Assembly (NCBI GenBank): GCA_934119955.1 | Contig: CAKOSZ010000007.1 | Coordinates: forward strand, 5,192-69,191 | Origin: an uncultured Bacilli bacterium | GTDB taxonomy: Bacteria; Bacillota_I; Bacilli_A; RF39; UBA660 | Length of the DNA: 64,000 nt | Reading direction: 5' to 3' | Shown: positions 57,200 to 64,000 of the stretch, piece after piece | Layout: every line of letters starts with the position of its first letter | Position numbering within the stretch: position 1 is the stretch's first letter | Translations under genes and position numbers: made by a program | Notes under the pieces: model-generated | Database searches by the model: none | Told to the model about the DNA's origin: nothing | The model's input: the letters and a program-made list of their open reading frames with translations, nothing else

Positions 57200-59620
57200 A
57201 TGAAAAAGATATTTACATTAGTAATATTGTTATTAATTATAGTTCCTTATTCAGTTGGTGCTAGTAAAAAAGGTGATTTAAGATGTAATCCTGATAATAA
57301 AACTTCATGTAAAGAAATAAAAAACTCTAATGGAGAAGTAATTCAAACAGATGTAACAAGTGGAAGTTTAGATAAAGAAGGCGATATTCAAATTATCAAA
57401 CATGTTAAAAAAACTGAAACAATTGGAGAATTTAAGGTGTGGTTTACAATTAAAGGAAAAGGAATAAAGTCTCAAAACAAGTATAAAAAAACTAAGATTG
57501 TTTTAATATTAGATATGTCACATACAGTAGAAGATTCTATTAGGGAAATAACATCAGCAACTAAAAAATTTTATAATTCCTTTAAAGATATTGATGAAAT
57601 ACAAATTTCTATTATCCAGTTTGCTACTAATGCCAAAAAAATTAATATAAATAATGGAAATTTTGAATTATGTGGATATAATGATACAAAAAGTGGATGT
57701 AAATTAAAAACAAAGTCTCATGTTGAAAAAGCCTTGAAAATTGCTAATAATGAATTAAGTGGTGAAGATCAAAAATATATTGTTCTTTTAGGAGATGGGC
57801 AATATTGGTCAGAAAATGACACAGAAACAGATGATGCGGTTAATTGGTTTAAAAATTTAAACAACAATGGAGTTAAATTTTTTATGATTCAATATGAGGG
57901 GGGAGAAAGTGAATATTCTGAAATGAGAAAATGCGCCAAAGGTTCAAAGGCAAGTAAAAGGCGTTTTGATTTAGGTTGTAAAAGTGGTTATTCTAATAAA
58001 AATCCAGTTCAATATAATGGTGCCTACATATCTACATATATAAAGCCTGTAAAATGGTGGTGTAAATATGATATAGGAAGCGGTTCTTTTCGTGATAGAT
58101 ATTGGTGCACTAATAATAGTGTAATAAATAGTTATGAAGAAGTTTTCAATAGTGTAGTTAATGAAATTAAAGAAAATGTTAAAAATGATAATGCTGTTGA
58201 TGCAACATTAAGCGATAGATTAGGTGAAGAATTTACTATTTTGGATACTACTTTAAAAGAAAAAAATATGAAGATAGATAAAATAACTGAAAGTGGTATA
58301 GATACACCTGCGTTTAATGTTGTAATTGATTCTATGGCTGAATCTGATAAATGGCATGACACTAACAATGGTTTTACTTTATCATTGCCAAATGACAATA
58401 ACATTGGTTGTAACGATAATCCCGAAGTATATTGGATTCAAACTAAATTAAGTTGTGAAAATGCAATTAATGAACCAGTTGTTAATGAAATTAAGGGTTG
58501 TAGTGGCCAATCTCCATCAATCAATAATACAATAACTACTAATTGTGGGGCTAATGATTTACATTATACAATTACGTGTTTAGAAGGATATCAAGATAAT
58601 GGAAAAGACATACCAGGTTATACTGCTAATATAAATATAAATAATATAACAAAAAATGAAAATAAATTTAATATAAAATCTGGTCTTGGCTTTCCAATAA
58701 ATATTTCTTTAAATACAAATATTTATTGTAAATATGAATTTAATGAAACTAATTTTAACAAAGATTATCAATATGTTTTAAATAGTATAAATATTACGAA
58801 GGATTCTAAAAAAAGATATAGTTTAGAACAACTTAAAATTAATTTAGAAAATGAATTAATTTCTTATCAAGAAAAATTAAAAAATTTAGAAGATTATCAG
58901 AATAGATTTAATGAACAAACAGCAACTTTAAAAGTTAATTATAATGAAAAAATAACTGATATTCAACAATTTAAAAATAAAAGCGTGAGTGATAGTGAAA
59001 TTAAATGTGTAACTACTAAAAAAAGTACTGTAAATTCCCAAGAAATTGAATCAAAAGAGTGTTATTTATCAATGAATAAGAAAATGGAATTAGAAAGTGT
59101 TTGCCTAGATATAAAAACAGGAAAAGTTGAAAAATGTACTTCATCTAATACACAGTTGTCAGGAGGAAATAAGTATTATACTAGTTTAACTGAAAAAGAG
59201 GGCTCAGTTTTTGTAAATATTTCTGATGCAGGATATGATAATAATTTAACAATTAATTTAACGGGGTGTACTACATCAAGTGACAAAACAGGTTTTAATG
59301 TAGTACTTAGACAAATAGAATTATCTGATCCTTTCTTAAAATCTTATACTAATTCAAAAAGAGAAATAGGTAAGAATTATCTAAATACCAAATATGACTT
59401 TGTAAGTATTATAAAACCAGATATTTGGTCTTTATCTACTGGTGACTATAAATTTTCATTAAGTAAAATAAATGTAAGTAATATAAGGCATGATACAGAT
59501 AATTTAGGTGTTTCATCTTATCTTGGAAGTGATTGTTATATTAATAATTTGAATAAATATGTTTGCAATTTCTTTGAGGATAGTGAAAAAAACAATTTCT
59601 TTACAAATATAGAAAAATAA
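57200..59620 (+). CDS. large secreted Cys-rich VWA-domain protein (module copy 2)
   Basis: Paralogue of 54044-56470. N-terminal KKGDLRCNPDNKTSCKEIKNSNGEVIQ, MIDAS-like IVLILDMSHTVED, and a C-terminal ~105 aa almost identical to copy 1. Confidence 0.55.
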   Translation: MKKIFTLVILLLIIVPYSVGASKKGDLRCNPDNKTSCKEIKNSNGEVIQTDVTSGSLDKEGDIQIIKHVKKTETIGEFKVWFTIKGKGIKSQNKYKKTKIVLILDMSHTVEDSIREITSATKKFYNSFKDIDEIQISIIQFATNAKKININNGNFELCGYNDTKSGCKLKTKSHVEKALKIANNELSGEDQKYIVLLGDGQYWSENDTETDDAVNWFKNLNNNGVKFFMIQYEGGESEYSEMRKCAKGSKASKRRFDLGCKSGYSNKNPVQYNGAYISTYIKPVKWWCKYDIGSGSFRDRYWCTNNSVINSYEEVFNSVVNEIKENVKNDNAVDATLSDRLGEEFTILDTTLKEKNMKIDKITESGIDTPAFNVVIDSMAESDKWHDTNNGFTLSLPNDNNIGCNDNPEVYWIQTKLSCENAINEPVVNEIKGCSGQSPSINNTITTNCGANDLHYTITCLEGYQDNGKDIPGYTANININNITKNENKFNIKSGLGFPINISLNTNIYCKYEFNETNFNKDYQYVLNSINITKDSKKRYSLEQLKINLENELISYQEKLKNLEDYQNRFNEQTATLKVNYNEKITDIQQFKNKSVSDSEIKCVTTKKSTVNSQEIESKECYLSMNKKMELESVCLDIKTGKVEKCTSSNTQLSGGNKYYTSLTEKEGSVFVNISDAGYDNNLTINLTGCTTSSDKTGFNVVLRQIELSDPFLKSYTNSKREIGKNYLNTKYDFVSIIKPDIWSLSTGDYKFSLSKINVSNIRHDTDNLGVSSYLGSDCYINNLNKYVCNFFEDSEKNNFFTNIEK

Positions 59621-59632
59621 AAATATATTTTC

Positions 59633-59661
59633 TTGATTAATATATTAAGTCGTTGTATAAT
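59633..59661 (+). promoter_or_regulatory. sigma-A promoter of the Tad-like operon
   Basis: TTGATT, 17 nt, then TG-TATAAT (extended -10), followed by TAGGAGG. Confidence 0.5.
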
Positions 59662-59681
59662 AAAAATATAAATAATAGGAG

Positions 59682-60239
59682 GTGGCTTTGAAATCAGCGA
59701 TGTGGATGGTGTTTATTTTTGTTCTTGGAGTTATTGGAATAGTTTTAATTAATGTTTTTGGTAATATTACAACAACTAATCAACAAGATTATACTTTAAT
59801 TAAAAATACAGTTGAAGCAGCAATGTATGATTCAATTGATGTAGCATCATATCGATCAGGTTTTTATCTTTGTACTAATGCCTCAGCAAGTGATAAAATA
59901 ACTTTTACTTCTAAAAATGATTATGCAATTCTTTTAAATAATGATATTACTCAAAGTAATTTAGACAATTATAAAAAATGTGATTTTTTAGTAGGAGAAG
60001 TTAAGTTAAAAGCCGATGTATTTGCTGAAAGTTTTTTAAGAAGATTTTCAAGTGATGTGAACAATAACAAAAGTTATCAAATAACTATTCAAGAAGTAAT
60101 AGAATATCCACCTAAGGTAAGTGTTAGAATTGACACATATAATTCATATAATAATAAAATTGAAACTTCACAAGAGTTTCAAACAGGGGATTTTAAAATT
60201 CGTAATCAAATAGATGCAATATTTGAAGAAAAAAATTAG
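59682..60239 (+). CDS. N-terminally membrane-anchored protein (possible TadE/TadG-class pilus accessory protein)
   Basis: Single N-terminal TM (WMVFIFVLGVIGIVLINVFG) with the rest extracytoplasmic. It is the first gene of the Tad-like operon. No G/xxxxE prepilin motif. The start is ambiguous among GTG 59682, TTG 59688 and ATG 59700. Confidence 0.3.
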   Translation: MALKSAMWMVFIFVLGVIGIVLINVFGNITTTNQQDYTLIKNTVEAAMYDSIDVASYRSGFYLCTNASASDKITFTSKNDYAILLNNDITQSNLDNYKKCDFLVGEVKLKADVFAESFLRRFSSDVNNNKSYQITIQEVIEYPPKVSVRIDTYNSYNNKIETSQEFQTGDFKIRNQIDAIFEEKN

Positions 60240-60257
60240 AAATAAAAAGGAGAGTTT

Positions 60258-61052
60258 ATGAAAAAATTAAAACAAATTTTATCAAACAAAAATACAGTTA
60301 CATTTATAGCAGCCATATTAATTGTGCTAGTTCTATATATATTCTATAATTGGAGAGTTAGTCAAGCAACTAGTCCAATTCGTATACCTTATGCTAATCA
60401 AACCATTAATCCAAGAACAAAGATTACAAATGAAATGATATCATACTTAGAAATGCCATCAACTGCTGTTAAAGGTAATGTTGTAACAAATGCTAATAAT
60501 ATTGTTGGAATGTACACTAATGTAAACGGAGTAATTCCAGCAGGAAGTTTATTTTATAGTAGTCAAATAGTAAGACAAGAAGAACTACCAGACTCATTTC
60601 TTTTAAATATTCAAGATGGATATATTCCTTATAACTTTGATGTTAATATGAAATCAACTTATGGTAATTCAATTTATCCAGGTAATTATGTTGATGTTTA
60701 TTTTAAAGGAGTTCAAAATGGTAAATTAATGATTGGTAAACTTCTTGAAAATGTTAAAGTATTATCAGTTAAAGATGCAAGTGGTCGTCCTGTATTTGAA
60801 ACAAGTGACAATGATAGAGTACCTAGTCAAATTATATTTGCTGTAACACCTGAAATACATTTATTACTTAGAAAAGCAGAGTATTTAAGTGCTGTTAAAA
60901 TAATTATTGTACCTAATAATACATCTTTAAAACTTGAAGATGGTGAAGAAGATGTAGCAGTTACTGTTAAAAGCGAAACAATTAAAAACTTTATTGAAGA
61001 ACAATCAGTATACGTTGATGAAACTGAATCAATTGATGATACTAATAATTAG
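60258..61052 (+). CDS. cpaB: Flp-pilus assembly protein CpaB/RcpC-like (SAF-domain)
   Basis: N-terminal TM (VTFIAAILIVLVLYIF), then a SAF-like segment (IPYANQTINPRTKITNEMISYLEMP). Size and position match CpaB immediately upstream of the CpaF ATPase. Confidence 0.5.
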   Translation: MKKLKQILSNKNTVTFIAAILIVLVLYIFYNWRVSQATSPIRIPYANQTINPRTKITNEMISYLEMPSTAVKGNVVTNANNIVGMYTNVNGVIPAGSLFYSSQIVRQEELPDSFLLNIQDGYIPYNFDVNMKSTYGNSIYPGNYVDVYFKGVQNGKLMIGKLLENVKVLSVKDASGRPVFETSDNDRVPSQIIFAVTPEIHLLLRKAEYLSAVKIIIVPNNTSLKLEDGEEDVAVTVKSETIKNFIEEQSVYVDETESIDDTNN

Positions 61053-61060
61053 AGGTTACA

Positions 61061-62512
61061 ATGAATCAAGGTATAAATGCATATGATTTAACTTCAAATA
61101 ATCAAGAAAAAACTAATACCGAGATAAATGCTGATTTATTTTCTAGTATTGACTTTGGTCCTTTAAAACCATTTTTAGATGATGATAATATAACTGATAT
61201 TTCATATAGTAATAATGGTCAAGTATGGTTAAAATCACTTGATAGAGGAGTTTACCGAGTAGAAAATACTGGAATTAATAACGAATTAATAGAAAAAATT
61301 GCTTTTCAGTGTGCTAATATCATGGGTAAAACGTTTAACATGGCAAGTCCTCTTTTAGATAGTGAATCAACTGAACTTCGTATGAATTTTATCCACGATT
61401 CAATTGCTAGAAATGGAATTGCTGCTGTGTTTAGAAAAACACCAGCCAAGATTAGATTGAAGAAAGAAAAAATAATAAGTGATAAATACATAACCTTAGG
61501 AATACATGACTTTTTAATCGAATGTGTTCATGGTCATTGTAATATAATTGTATCCGGTGAAACTGGATCTGGTAAAACTGAGCTTGTTAAATACTTAGCA
61601 AGCCATACTAAGGAAAATGAAAAAATTATAACTATTGAAGATACTTTGGAACTACACTTAGATGTAATATTTCCACATCGAGATATTGTTGCTATGAAAA
61701 CTAATAATATTGCTTCATATAGTGACGTTTTAATAGGATGTATGAGGCAAAACCCTAAATGGATATTATTATCAGAAGTAAGATCCGCAGAAGCAGTTAC
61801 AGCAGTTCGTAACTCTATCTCATCAGGACACAATATTTTGTCAACAATTCATGCTGATAAAGCATCAAGTATTCCGTATCGTTTGTATAGTTTGCTTGAA
61901 AGCAACATTGATGTTGAACAATTTATGACAACTATTTATAGATATATTCAATTAGGTGTTCATGTAAGAGCAAGATATGATAAAGTAACAGGTAAATTTA
62001 TGAGAGAAGTTTGTGAAGTATGCGAATTTCATGTAAATAAAGATAATAAACCAGAGAGTAATATAATATATAGAAAAAATATTGATGGAACGGAAATACT
62101 TAATTCTCCAAGTCCATATCTAATAGATTATTTAGAAGGACAAGGAATTGATTTAGCAAATAAAAACTTTGATAATTTAAAAATAGATTTACCATTTAAT
62201 AATCAAGTTGATACTACTAGTCAAGGTTCAAATAATACAAGTGTTAATACTAATATTAATACTACTAATGTTAATCAAAATATGAATAATACTTTAACTA
62301 ATAATGTAACTAATACGGTTAGTAATGATGTAGTTAATAATACAAATAATACAGTTAATAATCATAATATTAATAATAATGTTAATAATTCGACTGATAC
62401 ATTACTAGTTGATGAACCAACTTTAAGTACTCAAAGTAATGTAGCAACTAATGTGGTAAATCAAAATAATATAAATAATAATCCAATAATTGATAATGAT
62501 GAAATTTTATAG
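61061..62512 (+). CDS. tadA: CpaF/TadA-family type IV pilus (Tad) secretion ATPase with an Asn/Thr-rich C-terminal extension
   Basis: Walker A VSGETGSGKTEL, Walker B/Asp box ILLSEVRSAEA, and His box GHNILSTIHA. The last ~110 aa are low-complexity N/T/V. Confidence 0.8.
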   Translation: MNQGINAYDLTSNNQEKTNTEINADLFSSIDFGPLKPFLDDDNITDISYSNNGQVWLKSLDRGVYRVENTGINNELIEKIAFQCANIMGKTFNMASPLLDSESTELRMNFIHDSIARNGIAAVFRKTPAKIRLKKEKIISDKYITLGIHDFLIECVHGHCNIIVSGETGSGKTELVKYLASHTKENEKIITIEDTLELHLDVIFPHRDIVAMKTNNIASYSDVLIGCMRQNPKWILLSEVRSAEAVTAVRNSISSGHNILSTIHADKASSIPYRLYSLLESNIDVEQFMTTIYRYIQLGVHVRARYDKVTGKFMREVCEVCEFHVNKDNKPESNIIYRKNIDGTEILNSPSPYLIDYLEGQGIDLANKNFDNLKIDLPFNNQVDTTSQGSNNTSVNTNINTTNVNQNMNNTLTNNVTNTVSNDVVNNTNNTVNNHNINNNVNNSTDTLLVDEPTLSTQSNVATNVVNQNNINNNPIIDNDEIL

Positions 62513-62523
62513 GGAGGTGTGAG

Positions 62524-63420
62524 ATGGAATTTATAATAATACTTTTTATTGTATTCTTTGTTGTTTTATATCGAAAAAGCAATGGTGAATCTTTGTATAA
62601 ATTTGTAACAACTAGTATAGGTAATGTCTATGATAAATATGCTCCCTATTCATTTAAAAATATAAGAGAAAGATGTAAAGAAATGGGACTTGAATATACT
62701 AAAAAACAGTATACTGTTCAAGTAATAGTATTTACTTTAATTGCCTTTATTATATCTTATTTATATTTTTATAATGTAGTAGTTGCTTTCTTTTATGTTG
62801 TGTTAGTAGATGCTTTTATACCATATCTTGCATATTTAAGGTGTAAAAGATTATATAGTGAATTTATTTTTGAACAAGTTCAAGTATATGTAACAAATAC
62901 AATAATGGAATTTCAAACAACTCAAAGTTTTGTTAAAGCCTTAGAAGGTGTATATGAGTCAGGTGTATTAGAAGAACCACTAAAAACAGATGTAAAAGTT
63001 ATGATTGATCTTGCTTATCATAATGGTGATGTAGGTGAATCAATTGATTATATGAATAGTAAGTATGACTTTTATATGACAAGAAATATGCATCAATTAT
63101 TCTTGCAAGTTACAAGAGAAGGTGCACATGATACAGTTGAAGTATTAGATAATATGCTTTTAGATGTTGACCAATTAGTAGAAGGTGTTTATCAAGATAG
63201 AATGAATAGAAGTGCCTTTCATCAAGCATTTATTAGATATGGATTACTATTATATTTAATGGTAATGCTTGTACAATGGTTGATTGGGAAAGAAACCTAT
63301 ATCGAAATGGTAAACTCGAACATAATTCTTCAAATAGGACTTCATATTGTAATACTATTTAATAGTTATTTCCTATTATCAGGAGAAAAATATTATAATG
63401 AGAATGTGGGGGCTGAATAA
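62524..63420 (+). CDS. tadB: TadB-like inner-membrane platform protein (T2SS-F domain)
   Basis: Polytopic, with a GspF-like cytoplasmic domain between TM helices. Translationally coupled (TAATG) to the next gene. Confidence 0.5.
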   Translation: MEFIIILFIVFFVVLYRKSNGESLYKFVTTSIGNVYDKYAPYSFKNIRERCKEMGLEYTKKQYTVQVIVFTLIAFIISYLYFYNVVVAFFYVVLVDAFIPYLAYLRCKRLYSEFIFEQVQVYVTNTIMEFQTTQSFVKALEGVYESGVLEEPLKTDVKVMIDLAYHNGDVGESIDYMNSKYDFYMTRNMHQLFLQVTREGAHDTVEVLDNMLLDVDQLVEGVYQDRMNRSAFHQAFIRYGLLLYLMVMLVQWLIGKETYIEMVNSNIILQIGLHIVILFNSYFLLSGEKYYNENVGAE

Positions 63421-64000
63421 TGGAATTTGCAATTGTTGTTTTAATTATGATTTTTGCTTTAACCTATGGAGGAGCAATTAATACTAAAAAATTATATGAA
63501 GATAATGAAAAGTTCTTTGCTATGCTAAAAGAAAAGGACTATGATTTTTTGGTAAAATCAAAGTATAGGGGAGAGGTTGATCCAAATGTTCTTTTTGAAA
63601 AAAGAATTAAACAATTAACAATAGCAGTTGTTGCTATTCTTGCAATCTTGTTATTTAATTTTAGCTGGATTAATTTAATAATTGGTATTATAATAGTAAT
63701 CGTTATTTACAAAAACCAATATAGTAGTTTAAAAAGTTATTACAAAAAACATTTAACTGAGATAGATCAAACTTTACCATACTATTTAAAAAGTATTGAA
63801 ATCCTTGCTCAACATTATACAATACCAGTTGCAATTTCTAGATCAATTGAAACTGCTCCAACCATGTTTAAAGAAGGATTAAGAGAAATGGTTAGAAAAA
63901 TAGACGCTGGGGATTCTTCAATTGAACCATATATTGCTTTTGCCGAAGAGTATCCTGTTCGTGATTCTTTAAGAATGATGCGTTTATTGTATCGTTTAAG
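63420..64000 (+). CDS. tadC: TadC-like inner-membrane platform protein (partial, runs off window end)
   Basis: N-terminal TM (FAIVVLIMIFALTY), a second TM, then a T2SS-F-like cytoplasmic domain. The ORF is open to 64000. Confidence 0.45.
   Translation, partial: MEFAIVVLIMIFALTYGGAINTKKLYEDNEKFFAMLKEKDYDFLVKSKYRGEVDPNVLFEKRIKQLTIAVVAILAILLFNFSWINLIIGIIIVIVIYKNQYSSLKSYYKKHLTEIDQTLPYYLKSIEILAQHYTIPVAISRSIETAPTMFKEGLREMVRKIDAGDSSIEPYIAFAEEYPVRDSLRMMRLLYRL

Noticed and set aside
59682-60239. Calling the 185-aa first gene of the tad operon an Flp/TadE prepilin.
   Set aside because: The N-terminus has a plain TM helix but no G/xxxxE(Y/F) prepilin-peptidase motif or conserved Glu+5. It is kept only as a membrane-anchored accessory protein.

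Overview
This is a very AT-rich chromosomal window (roughly 25-28% GC by eye) that uses the standard genetic code. It comes from a cell-walled, spore-forming Firmicute: murC, an FtsW/RodA-family (SEDS) gene, a sortase, sepF and an intact sigK are all present.

Housekeeping content, in order:
- An overlapping response-regulator / histidine-kinase pair at the window start.
- pgsA-like gene, murC, a TtcA-like PP-loop ATPase and an S1-domain protein.
- A 12-gene tRNA operon.
- purB, an XRE-family regulator, mscS, sufB, ssb, ackA, an nrnA-like DHH phosphoesterase, engB, sepF and sigK.
- Further along: tgt, tsaC/sua5, a recX-like gene, mutL, yqeG, yqeH and frr.

Three things stand out.

1. The tRNA-Leu(UAA) gene inside the 12-tRNA operon is split by a 358-nt group I intron. 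It sits at the canonical U34|A35 anticodon position. Its P4 (P/Q) elements and a GGCAATCC(C)GAGCCAAG motif are close to how I recall the cyanobacterial/plastid trnL(UAA) intron. That is an unexpected location for this ancient intron.

2. A ~20.6-kb block (19.7-40.4 kb) lies between sigK and a tRNA-Arg(TCT) gene. It encodes a Gram-positive type IV secretion (conjugation-like) gene set:
- a VirB6-like polytopic membrane protein;
- a VirB3/TcpE-like small membrane protein;
- a VirB4 ATPase naturally split into two translationally coupled ORFs;
- a cell-wall hydrolase with a C39-like papain-fold domain;
- a lipoprotein;
- a VirD4 coupling protein.

The block also carries a cadherin-like-repeat surface protein, a SEDS protein, a Cna-B-repeat adhesin with its own sortase, and an NlpC/P60 peptidase. 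No relaxase or integrase is visible.

3. At 53.3-64.0 kb a two-gene module occurs twice in tandem. Each copy has a ~220-aa Cys-rich membrane-anchored protein and a ~807-aa secreted, Cys-rich VWA-domain protein. The last ~315 bp of the two large genes are ~95% identical. The module sits directly upstream of a Tad/Flp-like pilus assembly operon (a TM protein, cpaB-like, cpaF/tadA, tadB, tadC). No Flp pilin, TadZ or prepilin peptidase is visible. This looks like an undescribed adhesive-pilus or secretion system.
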